Below are positions 18,691-28,193 of a DNA stretch of 42,260 nt, in pieces. Made by a program: the position numbers and the translations under genes. Within the stretch, counting starts at the first letter, position 1, and every line of letters starts with the position of its first letter. The notes under the pieces are model-generated. The model saw nothing but the letters and a program-made list of their open reading frames with translations. It did not search any database and had not been told where the DNA came from. This stretch comes from a virus (Duplodnaviria; Caudoviricetes): IMG/VR virus record IMGVR_UViG_3300044611_001249, positions 1 through 42,260 of that record; one strand, written 5' to 3'.

Positions 18691-19088
18691 ATCCGCTAAT
18701 TCTTGGTAGCGTCCTGGAGCTAGGTAAGACCTTACTTGAGCGGTTCTTCCCTGATGAAGAAGAGCGCCGCAAGGCCGAGGCAGACTTCATCAAGTCCGCG
18801 ATGGACGGTGAGCTGAAACAGGTTATCGCACAACTCGAGATCAACGCACGCGAAGCCCAACACCCTTCAGTTTGGGTTGCTGGCTGGCGTCCGGCGTTCG
18901 GTTGGTTCGGTGCCGTGGGCTTTCTGTACGCCACTATCATTCAACCTGTTATGGTTTGGTACGGCTCAAGCAAGGGCTGGCCGATGCCTCCGGATATCAA
19001 CGCCGATCTTCTGTGGGTGGTGATCACCGGCATGCTCGGCATTGGTGGTCTTCGTACGTTTGAAAAAGTTCAGCGAGTTTCCAAGTGA
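18687..19088 (+). CDS. 3TM holin (gene-transfer-agent holin family)
   Basis: QLEINAREA, WVAGWRPAFGW and GMLGIGGLRTFEK motifs. Confidence 0.8.
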   Translation: MNPLILGSVLELGKTLLERFFPDEEERRKAEADFIKSAMDGELKQVIAQLEINAREAQHPSVWVAGWRPAFGWFGAVGFLYATIIQPVMVWYGSSKGWPMPPDINADLLWVVITGMLGIGGLRTFEKVQRVSK

Positions 19089-19441
19089 CGCAGAAGCATG
19101 TCAAGGGGATACAGGCCTTCACGGATGAGGGGGCTGCACATGTCCACTCACCTCTGCCCTTGTCGGTGCACGGGTATGTGTGGAACCCTAACACCTTGTC
19201 CTGGGAACCTGAGGAGCAAGCTACCGGGGGTAGTGCTTCTTCGCCTGTGCGTATGCTATTTGAAGAGGCTAGTGCAACAGTCTCTTACAAGGGAGAGGCT
19301 GCTCCTGGAACTGCGACCAGTTCGCCTGCCTGGCGTATCCAAAGGATTACGACTAGCGGCGCGTTGATCTCTATTCAATGGGCTGGCTCAGGTGCTTTTT
19401 CGCAGGTCTGGGATGATCGGTCTTCCCTAACATATTTGTAA
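19085..19441 (+). CDS. Hypothetical virion-associated protein
   Basis: GTG start coupled to the holin stop; YKGEAAPG..SSPAWRIQRI...WDDRSSLTY pattern. Confidence 0.55.
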   Translation: MTQKHVKGIQAFTDEGAAHVHSPLPLSVHGYVWNPNTLSWEPEEQATGGSASSPVRMLFEEASATVSYKGEAAPGTATSSPAWRIQRITTSGALISIQWAGSGAFSQVWDDRSSLTYL

Positions 19442-19453
19442 AAGGAGTAGAAC

Positions 19454-19888
19454 ATGGCAAAAGGAAACAAGACCTGCAATGACTTTGTGAAGTTCATTGC
19501 CCACGCCACGGCGATGCCCAGCTACGGGGCAAACCTCGAGATGCACATGCACACAGGCGATCCAGGTGACGCAGGTACTGGTGCGACAAACGAGTGCGTG
19601 TACACAGGTTACGCCCCTGTATTAATCTCGCGTGACGTTGCTGGCTTCACTATCTGTGATGCAGATGGTACGCCAAACGCTAACGGGCGCGCCTTCAAGA
19701 CTGCCGCCGAGACAACCTTTGGAGAGTGCACGGGTGTGTCTGATGATGAGCTGGTTACGTTCATCTCGCTCACGGCGCCAGGTGACGATCAGATCCTGTA
19801 CAAAGGTGCTTTGCCTGTGGGCATTCGCGTAACTTACCTGCATACGCCGCGCGTACCGGCTGGCGCTGGCATCTTTAAGGAGCGTTAA
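19454..19888 (+). CDS. Putative fibre/structural protein
   Basis: AAGGAG RBS; HTGDPG..GT..NE..YTGYA pattern seen in small phage fibre-base proteins. Confidence 0.55.
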   Translation: MAKGNKTCNDFVKFIAHATAMPSYGANLEMHMHTGDPGDAGTGATNECVYTGYAPVLISRDVAGFTICDADGTPNANGRAFKTAAETTFGECTGVSDDELVTFISLTAPGDDQILYKGALPVGIRVTYLHTPRVPAGAGIFKER

Positions 19889-19890
19889 TC

Positions 19891-20514
19891 ATGTCGAACG
19901 GGATCATCCAAGTTCCACCAGATTCCACTGGCAGCAAGTTGCAGACGCGTAGCTATGTACGCGGGGCCAATACTGTCCATTCGCAGGGCGTTCATTTCGA
20001 TGGGCTGCCGTCCTATCGTCTGATGATCCCGGCTATCGTTCCCGCAGCGAACAAGTACCACCTCGTCTTGCGGAATAGCCTGGGATCGGCGCAAACGGTA
20101 TTTCTGAACGGCCTGTACTGCGTTCCTGACGGCGTCGCTGCGGTGACTGGCGTCATCAACCAGTTCAACGCACGTCGTGTCACTGGCACCCCAACACTGA
20201 CGGCAGTAACCCCTCTGGCATACAACAGTGCTGACCCAGCCTTGGCCAACGTGGTTGCAGGCCACACCGCCACGGCCGGCCTGACCGATGGCGGAATCAT
20301 CACGCCGTTTGTGGTGAGTTCCGAGGAAAACACCGCCGTTCCGACCAACACGAATATGCAGCTGCCGTTCCTCGCCAACCTGCTCGGCCCGATGTACCAG
20401 CATGGCCGCCCGTGGGCACTGCGGCCAGATGAAGGCTTTGCCGTCAAGCAGATTGGCTCTGGTACGGTCGGCACAGTATCGTGGATTCTCGATTTCTCGG
20501 TTGAGGCCGACTAA
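19891..20514 (+). CDS. Hypothetical beta-rich structural protein
   Basis: 207 aa, AAGGAG RBS; IQVPPDSTG start and LRPDEGFAV near the C-terminus. Confidence 0.5.
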   Translation: MSNGIIQVPPDSTGSKLQTRSYVRGANTVHSQGVHFDGLPSYRLMIPAIVPAANKYHLVLRNSLGSAQTVFLNGLYCVPDGVAAVTGVINQFNARRVTGTPTLTAVTPLAYNSADPALANVVAGHTATAGLTDGGIITPFVVSSEENTAVPTNTNMQLPFLANLLGPMYQHGRPWALRPDEGFAVKQIGSGTVGTVSWILDFSVEAD

Positions 20515-20945
20515 TGCCCTACGCCGCCCTCGCCCCGCTGCATTGGTATGGTCCCGCCATGGCCTCGATCGTGGTGGAGGCCGAACCAGAGGCTCCTTCA
20601 CTAGATGTTCGTTGTGATGCGCGCATACCGGATACCGTGGTGGATGGGGGCGGTGTTGAGCCTCAGCTGCATGCGACTCTGCTTGTGGGTAATGGCTTCT
20701 CTATTGAGGCTGTATCAGAGGTAGAGTTTGCGCCTATGCGCGGGTCAGTGCGGATGGATATCTCTATTGACGTCGGTGCACAACCCTCTGTGCAGGAGAT
20801 TGTCGCAGGTATTCTCGATGCACTGGCCTTGTCCTACAACAAGCCAAATACCATCGGAGCGAAGATCAACGCTAGCGGTGCTGGTGGTGATCCGTGGGCT
20901 GACGCTCGAGCCCTAACTCTCAGTAAGTTTATTGCCCTGAAATGA
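20514..20945 (+). CDS. Hypothetical protein
   Basis: 143 aa, coupled by TAATG overlap; SGAGGDPW motif; ends LTLSKFIALK. Confidence 0.5.
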   Translation: MPYAALAPLHWYGPAMASIVVEAEPEAPSLDVRCDARIPDTVVDGGGVEPQLHATLLVGNGFSIEAVSEVEFAPMRGSVRMDISIDVGAQPSVQEIVAGILDALALSYNKPNTIGAKINASGAGGDPWADARALTLSKFIALK

Positions 20946-21160
20946 AACCCAAAGAAGCCCTTGTAATCGCCCGTGAGTGGCATAACCCGACCGTTCATGT
21001 GTGGGTCTCTGATGAGACGCTAGGGGTGAGCATTCCCATCGATGACTATCTGATAGCGATGGCCATGGAACTCGGCGATCCCACCCTTCTGGAAAAGATA
21101 AAGGCCGCTCACTTGCGTGTAGCGGCCTCTGCGAAGAAGTACGTCGCGCGCGTTATTTAA
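20942..21160 (+). CDS. Hypothetical protein
   Basis: 72 aa, start overlaps the previous stop; last + strand gene before the convergent helicase. Confidence 0.5.
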   Translation: MKPKEALVIAREWHNPTVHVWVSDETLGVSIPIDDYLIAMAMELGDPTLLEKIKAAHLRVAASAKKYVARVI

Positions 21161-22613
21161 TCCACTCGCGCCACTCATCTCCCATAACAAGGGCTGATAT
21201 ATGTTTCTTCTGAAGCAACGCCTTGATGATCTTTTCGTCGATGGTTTTACGGGCGATTAGGTCAATGTACGTCACCTTAGAAACCTGTCCGATGCGATGG
21301 GCTCGATCTTCAGACTGAGTCCTGTGTTCCAGGTTATGGTTATTCGAGTAATAGATAACGTACGGGCTTGCTGTAAGTGTGAGGCCATATCGTCCAGTGC
21401 TTGGGTTCCCAACGAAGAAACGGCATGTTGGATCATTCTGGAAGCGATCAACTGCAACTCGTCTGGCTTCATCTGAAGTCCCTCCATAGAAGTGAACCAC
21501 CGAGGTCGTCCCATACTCCTCTTTGAGTTTGAGAACTATCTCCTCGATGTTAGGCACGTACGTCGCCCAGATGATTACCTTACCGGTTATGCTTTCAAGG
21601 GCTTCCATGAGAGCAGTCAAACGGTTATTGGGAATACGGATAATGTCGCCGTCATCGGTCTTTACGTGGCCGCACACGATCTGGTGTAGACGGAGCGACT
21701 GCTCAAGAACCAACTCAGCTGTAATAACCTCTGTGCTTGACAGGAACGAAACGCATTGTTCCTTCATCTGCTTATAGATCTTGATCTGCTCAGGCGTGAG
21801 CTCAACGTCATAGGACTGATACACCTTTGGCGGCAGATCGAGGCACTCGTCTTTTGTAACGCGATACGAGAACCCCTTCAGCCTGTTCTGCAACTCGTCC
21901 AGTCGCTGGTACCCGACGATGTTCATGAACGAACGACCGTTCTGAAGCTTCATCTCCTTCATGATGCAGTAACGATTCCGGAACGCATAGAAGCTACTGA
22001 GTCCAAGCATCTGCGGCCCAAGGAACATGCACTGCGCGTAGAGGTCGGTTGGAGCCTTTGGAACCGCGTCGCCAGTCATGATACGTCTATGAGAAGCGTA
22101 CTTGCCGATCTTGATGGCATTCTTAGTTCGGTTAGCGCCCATATTCTTGATCATGGTGGATTCATCCACACCCACAAGCAACCGATCTTTGTGGGCCTTG
22201 GCGAAGTCTTCGCAGAACTTTACCCCACTAGCATACGCCAGCGATTCCACGTTAGCACAGACCCAGCGTAACCCTTTGAACTTCGCCAGATCCTTCCAAT
22301 CCTTCTGAAGTTCAGGGCGAGCGGCAGACTTCCAGTAGGACACCCTACAAGGGACGTCGTCTGGTAGATGTTTGGGCAGTTCGATGTCTACCCAGTTCAT
22401 GTATACGCCTTTTGGTGCCAGTAGAAGCACCGCGTCGATCTTTCCTTGCAGGTACAGATTCACTGCTGTGTCAATGAAGACCTTGGTCTTGCCGGTACCC
22501 ATATCCATGAGCAGGCCGTAGTTGGCCATGTTCAATGAAAGCTTGAGAGCAGTCTCTTGATGGGCGTACGGTTTGAGCTTATACTTAAGCTCGGGTGTTT
22601 GATGGGTTATCAT
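21153..22613 (-). CDS. SNF2-family (SF2) helicase
   Basis: MDMGTGKT (Walker A), VDES, MTG, GLTL and QSEDRAHRIGQ motifs. Confidence 0.9.
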   Translation of the reverse strand: MITHQTPELKYKLKPYAHQETALKLSLNMANYGLLMDMGTGKTKVFIDTAVNLYLQGKIDAVLLLAPKGVYMNWVDIELPKHLPDDVPCRVSYWKSAARPELQKDWKDLAKFKGLRWVCANVESLAYASGVKFCEDFAKAHKDRLLVGVDESTMIKNMGANRTKNAIKIGKYASHRRIMTGDAVPKAPTDLYAQCMFLGPQMLGLSSFYAFRNRYCIMKEMKLQNGRSFMNIVGYQRLDELQNRLKGFSYRVTKDECLDLPPKVYQSYDVELTPEQIKIYKQMKEQCVSFLSSTEVITAELVLEQSLRLHQIVCGHVKTDDGDIIRIPNNRLTALMEALESITGKVIIWATYVPNIEEIVLKLKEEYGTTSVVHFYGGTSDEARRVAVDRFQNDPTCRFFVGNPSTGRYGLTLTASPYVIYYSNNHNLEHRTQSEDRAHRIGQVSKVTYIDLIARKTIDEKIIKALLQKKHISALVMGDEWREWIK

Positions 22614-22668
22614 ACCTATGGACCTCCTAATTTCCCGAGTTCTATCGTTGCGCTAGATGTATAGGATT

Positions 22669-24093
22669 TCACCAAAGATCAAAGGCATTTTGACTTTGGG
22701 CATCCATTATATACAAGTTCTCCTTGGCTCGTGTAGCAGCCACGTAGAACACGCGGATCTCGTCATCGGGATCTTGTTGAAATTGCTCGAACGATTTGTA
22801 GCTCATATCGGACAGCACTACTACGTTTTCACACTCACCACCTTTGGAACCGTGTATCGTCGACAACCGGATACGTGGCTCCTTCGTCAGACTCTCTCCA
22901 CGACGGAGAGCAGCCACGAAGTAGTCCCGAACATCTTGACCGAGGCGTTTGAAGGCCTCATGCCAGATCGGATATTCTTTCGCTGGATCGAACCCAGGCA
23001 CAAACTTGCGAATGGCTGTAATATCGTCAGCAGTCAACGTCTCACCTTTGCGCCAGTGCTCGAACAACTTGATGGCCTTGACCGTGTCATGTTGCAAAGG
23101 GGACTTCTTGCTGGCATATGCGTAGCCTGATTCTTCGCAGATGGCTTCAAAGGGATTCAGGAGATATGCGTTGCGGGCCAGTATCAGCCAGTCACCCGAA
23201 GACAGATCAATATCGTCAGGTCCCGATACAAAGTGTACTGCTCCCTCACGTTCAGCTGGCTTAAACGACTTAGGCCGGCGAGCACCGCAGTGGCGAATAA
23301 CCCGTTCAGCTTGGGCATGCACAGCCTTTGGAAGGCGATAGCTCTGCTGCAGTTGCTGGACAGAACCTGGGCAATTGATGAACGAGTCAGGGTCTGCCCC
23401 CGCCCACCGGAAGATCGCTTGGTCGTCATCACCTGCAATATAGACCACTTCAGAATTGGCGATCAGTCGGTTAACCACTGCCCATTGCAACTTGCTGAGA
23501 TCTTGCGCCTCGTCAACGAAGAGCACCTTGAACTTTGGCAACTCGCGTTCTGTCAACAAGATGCTGAGCATATCATTGAAGTCGATCAGCGAGTACGAGG
23601 TCTTGTAGGTATCGACAGCCTTACAAAGGCGCTCAAACTCTTCGAATGAGTAATCTTCCTGCGACAGGCGATACTGTTCCTTGCAGTCAATCATCCGCAC
23701 GCGCATGAGACCTTCATTAAACAACATACGGTCACCAATGAGCGCACCAGACAGTTGCATACCGTCGTCTAGAACGACGTAGCCTGAATACTCTAGGCCC
23801 AACGCTTCGCAGATCTCAGAGTATTGATCGCGCTTAATCAAGTCACCTGTCGACAGGCCGAGTCGCTTGAACGCCAGCGAGTGCAGTGTGCGGAACCAGG
23901 GTAACTGTTCCTTCTTGTAGTCAAAGCGGGTCATGGCCCGAGTGATGGCCTCAGTAGCAGCCTTGACTGTGAATGAGATGTATCCTATCTGATCAGGCTG
24001 GATGCCCTTCTTCAGAAAGAATTCCAGATAGTCCAGCAACTTGGTCGTCTTGCCTGTTCCAGGCGGACCAACTACAACGGTAACATTGCTCAA
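22669..24093 (-). CDS. UvrD/Rep-family (SF1) helicase
   Basis: GPPGTGKT, VDEAQD, GDDDQAIF, QSYR, TIHGSKGGE and YVAATRAK motifs. Confidence 0.92.
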   Translation of the reverse strand: MSNVTVVVGPPGTGKTTKLLDYLEFFLKKGIQPDQIGYISFTVKAATEAITRAMTRFDYKKEQLPWFRTLHSLAFKRLGLSTGDLIKRDQYSEICEALGLEYSGYVVLDDGMQLSGALIGDRMLFNEGLMRVRMIDCKEQYRLSQEDYSFEEFERLCKAVDTYKTSYSLIDFNDMLSILLTERELPKFKVLFVDEAQDLSKLQWAVVNRLIANSEVVYIAGDDDQAIFRWAGADPDSFINCPGSVQQLQQSYRLPKAVHAQAERVIRHCGARRPKSFKPAEREGAVHFVSGPDDIDLSSGDWLILARNAYLLNPFEAICEESGYAYASKKSPLQHDTVKAIKLFEHWRKGETLTADDITAIRKFVPGFDPAKEYPIWHEAFKRLGQDVRDYFVAALRRGESLTKEPRIRLSTIHGSKGGECENVVVLSDMSYKSFEQFQQDPDDEIRVFYVAATRAKENLYIMDAQSQNAFDLW

Positions 24094-25601
24094 AAGACCT
24101 CTCCTTTGCTAAGCGTTCTCGGTATGGCCAGTTCAGGATTCAGAGCAAACTCTGGTATAGACCAGTAGTTTACGCCCTTACCCTTCAGATTCGAAAAATG
24201 GTGCTGCGCACCAAGATCATTCTTCAAATATGAAGTAATCTCGTGCAGTCCCATCTTGAACTTATGCCGCTCCAAGAACGAAGTCAAACCAGAAACCGTA
24301 AAGAAGTGCTGTCCTCCATCAGTGAAAGGCTTGCCCATGCGAATCTCTTCCTTAGCCATGGCCTGCGCTCTCTGAGTACAATACTTCTCTATAAGCTCAT
24401 TCAATTGCCCGCGTGGTGTCGCATCCTGCGGAGCCTCAATAACAGTGATGCTTTCCAAAAGGGACTGCACCATCGCGGTCCATGCCTTCTGATTCATCTG
24501 AGCAGGCATGCTGTTGAGCGAGTCCATACACCGCCTTTGGAATCGAATCTGCTGTTGCAGATCTTCCGTAGTCAGTTCCAAACGGCCACCACCCTCGATG
24601 TCAGCAAACCAAATGGGCGGTGACGACGCGTACTTGGTAAGGCCCGTCATAACAGGCATACCAGAGTGGTCACCGACGCCAAACTTGCGACCTCGACAAA
24701 CAGCAGAATTACAGTGGTGCGTTAGAGGAACTTGTGTGCAGGTGTACTGATAATCCCGCTTCTTCAGCGACTTGATGATCTCCTTAATCTCGCTGCTTCC
24801 CAAAGGTGGATCCATGTACTTGATGTTGTACTGTTCCACTGTTGGCTCCCAACTATCTGGGAAAGCCTTCTTTGCGTATACGCCGAGATTATATAGCCCG
24901 TTGTTCCTAGTACCTTCAGGAAAGGATTGGGTGATCAGTAGCTGTAAGCACGGAGGACCATCACTGATTGCAGCCTTTACTTCTGCTTGGTACGCTTCGA
25001 GTTCGTCCGGCCCGACACGCTTGAGGTTTGCCGTTTCGATGAACTCACCAAGATCCATAGGTGTACCATCTGGTCGGATTCCATGGCGTCCGCCCGACAT
25101 ACCACCAAAATATGGCATGTTGATCCAGGAGCCAATGTCACCACGCTCCGGTAGTACCTCAGTCTGTTTGGGAAATACTTCTGATCGGCCGTATCCCAAT
25201 GCTGCCGCCATGTCTCGAAGTTTTCTCTGAACCAGTCCTGCAGCGGTAGGTTCAGTAAGGAAGACCCAGGCGTGCAGACCTCCAGATTTTGTTGTTGTGG
25301 GAACCAACGGCATTCTAAGGCGGTCAATTCTGGTAGCAAGCTCTGCATGATTGATGCTGTAGTCGTCAATGTCGATGGCTCCGAAGAGCACGGTTGAATC
25401 GTCTTTGATGGGAACGATTCCAATTGCTTGCCTTCCCAATACGTGTTGGTTCCAGACATCGCGTGTTACCTCCTTACGAACGATAGATACTTTGCCGGTT
25501 TTCTTCTGATCCCTTGATCGGGATCCGTTTATTTCGAACGTACCATAAGACCTTTCGAGGCCGTCGAATAGCCTCATAAGGTCGTCTACGAACTGGTCCA
25601 T
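24090..25601 (-). CDS. Archaeo-eukaryotic-type primase with PriCT-like domain
   Basis: AIDIDD, KSGGLHAW and EVFPKQ motifs; GPPCL...EGTRNNGLY with a Cys cluster. Confidence 0.75.
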   Translation of the reverse strand: MDQFVDDLMRLFDGLERSYGTFEINGSRSRDQKKTGKVSIVRKEVTRDVWNQHVLGRQAIGIVPIKDDSTVLFGAIDIDDYSINHAELATRIDRLRMPLVPTTTKSGGLHAWVFLTEPTAAGLVQRKLRDMAAALGYGRSEVFPKQTEVLPERGDIGSWINMPYFGGMSGGRHGIRPDGTPMDLGEFIETANLKRVGPDELEAYQAEVKAAISDGPPCLQLLITQSFPEGTRNNGLYNLGVYAKKAFPDSWEPTVEQYNIKYMDPPLGSSEIKEIIKSLKKRDYQYTCTQVPLTHHCNSAVCRGRKFGVGDHSGMPVMTGLTKYASSPPIWFADIEGGGRLELTTEDLQQQIRFQRRCMDSLNSMPAQMNQKAWTAMVQSLLESITVIEAPQDATPRGQLNELIEKYCTQRAQAMAKEEIRMGKPFTDGGQHFFTVSGLTSFLERHKFKMGLHEITSYLKNDLGAQHHFSNLKGKGVNYWSIPEFALNPELAIPRTLSKGEVF

Positions 25602-25616
25602 GTCCCCTCCCCGATA

Positions 25617-25648
25617 AAGAAACGAAAAGCCCGCACTTGCGCACGGGC
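25617..25648 (-). terminator. Rho-independent terminator after the SSB-like gene
   Basis: Minus strand GCCCGTGC-GCAA-GTGCGGGC followed by TTTTCGTTTCTTT. Confidence 0.75.
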
Positions 25649-25663
25649 CCTAGGAACACGCGA

Positions 25664-26452
25664 TCAGAATGTGTCGTGTTCTTCTGCTTCTTCAACCGGG
25701 GGAGCAGCCTTCACAGAGCCAGAACGAACACTCTCAGCGAACTTCTTCGCAACAGCGTAGACTTCAGGACTGTTCACGAGTTCCTTGAACTGAACATTCC
25801 AGTTGTAGAAATCGCCCTTGTTATTCGATTCGGCAATCGAAGTAACATGGTAGACCTGAGCAAACATCGGCGGGTTGAACATGCCGCTGGGGCCTTGAAC
25901 CTGGAGCGAGGACAGCATGCTGTTCCACTTGCGAGCCTTCTTCAAGCCAGTACGCGTCATGGAGATGATACCAAACTCATGGCCGCCATTAGGACGCAGC
26001 ACCATGACGTAGTAGTAGAACGTCAGTACAATCAGGTTGCCGTTGTCCTTGCGAACGTCCATACCGATTTCGTTACGCTCGCAGACCTGGAGAATACGGT
26101 CGTCTTCGTGGCTGGCGACAAAGCCACCGCCAGAGTCACGTGGCGTCCACTCGACGTAGGCCTTTTGGAAGGCGCACGGCAACAGCGTCAGACCTTCTTC
26201 GCCGGAGAACAGCTCGGTTGTGACTGTGTTGAAGAAGTCACCTTCCTCAGCGCCGTCGATTCGGTTGGGACTGGACTTCTTGACTTGCGGGCTGAGGGCC
26301 TGGAGCAGCGAGAAGTACGGCAACGCCATGTCAGCAACAGACATCTTCTCACGACCGATGTTGGCATCGGCCATCATCATGCTGGTATCAACGTTCGTCG
26401 TCAGAGCAGTGGTCTGGGCGGCGGGTGCAACTGCAGTTTTCTTGGAGGTCAT
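25664..26452 (-). CDS. Single-stranded DNA-binding protein (putative)
   Basis: 262 aa; LLQALSPQ and YVEW motifs; acidic tail ending in Phe (EEAEEHDTF); strong codon bias; replication module. Confidence 0.65.
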   Translation of the reverse strand: MTSKKTAVAPAAQTTALTTNVDTSMMMADANIGREKMSVADMALPYFSLLQALSPQVKKSSPNRIDGAEEGDFFNTVTTELFSGEEGLTLLPCAFQKAYVEWTPRDSGGGFVASHEDDRILQVCERNEIGMDVRKDNGNLIVLTFYYYVMVLRPNGGHEFGIISMTRTGLKKARKWNSMLSSLQVQGPSGMFNPPMFAQVYHVTSIAESNNKGDFYNWNVQFKELVNSPEVYAVAKKFAESVRSGSVKAAPPVEEAEEHDTF

Positions 26453-26461
26453 GTTGGTTCC

Positions 26462-27010
26462 TTACTTAATGATGGCACGTTGGCCGATGTATGCCTTGAA
26501 CAGCTCAACCGGGAATTGAACACCCGATTCAACCTGCTCACGAATGAAGGCGCTGAGGGTCTGCGGATGCACGTGCTTCTTGTGGCGGTACGGAAGGTTC
26601 AGTTCCACCAGGCGATTCTCAAACGTCTCAGCGTCAGCGTCTTCGTTTTTGCCGAAGGCCACAGTGAAATCGTTCTTGATCAGATCGTCATGCCCGTGCT
26701 CCTTGAGCCAGCCGAACGCGCCCTCACGATTATCATCCCCGATAGAGCCGGAGTAGAACTTCTTGATCGTGATGCGCGTGCCATTGACCAGCTTGAACTC
26801 GGACAGACCGCACTGCTGCATCAAGGTGGGGAGCTCTTCCTCCTGTACCTTCTTCAGCTTGCCGGTCACTTCTTCGAGTTGATCGCTGAGCTGACGAATA
26901 GTTCGCTCAAGGTCCATCTGACGTTCAGCCAGAGATGCTACTGCAGTCAAGGCTTCAGGACTGGGCGCGGCTGAGGCGTCTGCCTGCATTTCTTGGAACA
27001 GGTTGGTCAT
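26462..27010 (-). CDS. Conserved phage replication-module protein
   Basis: 182 aa; coiled coil followed by AFGWLKEHGHDDLIKN and VHPQTLSAF; AGGAG RBS. Confidence 0.65.
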   Translation of the reverse strand: MTNLFQEMQADASAAPSPEALTAVASLAERQMDLERTIRQLSDQLEEVTGKLKKVQEEELPTLMQQCGLSEFKLVNGTRITIKKFYSGSIGDDNREGAFGWLKEHGHDDLIKNDFTVAFGKNEDADAETFENRLVELNLPYRHKKHVHPQTLSAFIREQVESGVQFPVELFKAYIGQRAIIK

Positions 27011-27090
27011 AACAACTCCTTTTCGGTGAGTAAGAAAGCGATTAAGCGAGCACCGATACTCAAGAAATCGCGATGAAAAACTATGAGCTT

Positions 27091-27119
27091 ATTATATCAC
27101 GGTAAAAACCCTTTGTAAA
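27091..27119 (-). promoter_or_regulatory. Sigma70-type promoter for the replication genes
   Basis: Minus strand TTTACA, 17-bp spacer, TATAAT. Confidence 0.75.
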
Positions 27120-27131
27120 TTCGCAGGGTAA

Positions 27132-27527
27132 TTATTCCGAGACCAAATTAGCCAATAGGCTGTTGTAATCGAAGGGCTTGCAGGTGGTGAATATGTGCTT
27201 CCATGTACCATCCGACTGGCAGCGATAGGCTACGATAGCATTTTCAGTACGGCCGATTACAAAGGCTCTTCCGCCCGCACGAGCACGCTTCACGTGCCAG
27301 GAATATTGGGCGGGGCGAAGCCAAATAGTCCCCAGTGGCGTTTCAATCGGGATGACGGTTGTCCTGGCCTTATGGCCGATAACCTTATACTCCATCCAGA
27401 ACTCGCAACCTTCGAAGACAGCATTGCAGTCTGCCACGCCTGAGCTGACACTGGACTCAATGCGATCAAGCAGGACTCGGCCGTCCCAGCGCACGTTCAA
27501 CAGTGAGTGGATCGATTTTTCGTTCAT
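27132..27527 (-). CDS. PD-(D/E)XK nuclease (VRR-NUC/Holliday junction resolvase-like)
   Basis: RIE..GVAD....FWMEYK...LRPAQ..W...GG motifs. Confidence 0.75.
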   Translation of the reverse strand: MNEKSIHSLLNVRWDGRVLLDRIESSVSSGVADCNAVFEGCEFWMEYKVIGHKARTTVIPIETPLGTIWLRPAQYSWHVKRARAGGRAFVIGRTENAIVAYRCQSDGTWKHIFTTCKPFDYNSLLANLVSE

Positions 27528-27856
27528 TTCAGTATCTCCAGTTCTCGCTTCATCCGTTCGCCGTTAGCTGTTCCGCAGTTCTCGGAAACCCATTCGATAG
27601 CTTGATCCAGCTTGGCCTCAAGCTCCTTGATCTGCCTTACAATACCCGGTGGCGCTTCTCGCAATGACAATGTGGTGTCGTCGCTCACCTCCCCGAATCT
27701 TGCGGGGTGGAAGAATGTAGCTACTACCTCGTAGTCTCCATCCCCGCTCTCTCGTGCAATCTGCACAATGCCTCTTTCTGCCTCAGCATCGTGGATACAA
27801 TGTGAGTCGTCGAAGTGGTGGCGCTGTCCGTACTGATCAATTACTTCAAGCATCAT
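27524..27856 (-). CDS. Hypothetical protein
   Basis: ATG 27856 with AGGAG RBS; 110 aa; stop overlaps the nuclease start. Confidence 0.6.
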   Translation of the reverse strand: MMLEVIDQYGQRHHFDDSHCIHDAEAERGIVQIARESGDGDYEVVATFFHPARFGEVSDDTTLSLREAPPGIVRQIKELEAKLDQAIEWVSENCGTANGERMKRELEILK

Positions 27857-27863
27857 TCTTCTC

Positions 27864-28193
27864 CTAGTGCTTGTACAAGGACGGCTCGGTCTGGTACTCA
27901 TCCAGCATGACAGACCAGACCTTGTAGTAGGCGTCATGTAACCGCGGATCGCTGACCGAATCCTTGAAGTTGGTATACTCCATGTTACGAATAACTTGCA
28001 ACAGGACTAGCATAACCTCGCCGCGCGAAATGATTACGCGATAGGGGTAATCCCGGTTCGGGGTATGGACGATCTGAGAGTCTTCGACTAGCGCATGAAG
28101 ATCCTCGCGCTTACGAGCACGCACCAGTAGCATGTTGGGCATCTCTTTGACGGCCACGATAGACAGAAACGCATTATTTAGGCAAATCCACAT
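27864..28193 (-). CDS. Conserved hypothetical protein (MW....AFLSIV...LLVRAR...DYPYR...NFK pattern)
   Basis: 109 aa, AAGGAGGT RBS. Confidence 0.7.
   Translation of the reverse strand: MWICLNNAFLSIVAVKEMPNMLLVRARKREDLHALVEDSQIVHTPNRDYPYRVIISRGEVMLVLLQVIRNMEYTNFKDSVSDPRLHDAYYKVWSVMLDEYQTEPSLYKH

Noticed and set aside
25637-26974. 445-aa + strand ORF opposite the SSB-region genes
   Set aside because: Antisense shadow of two well-supported minus-strand genes.
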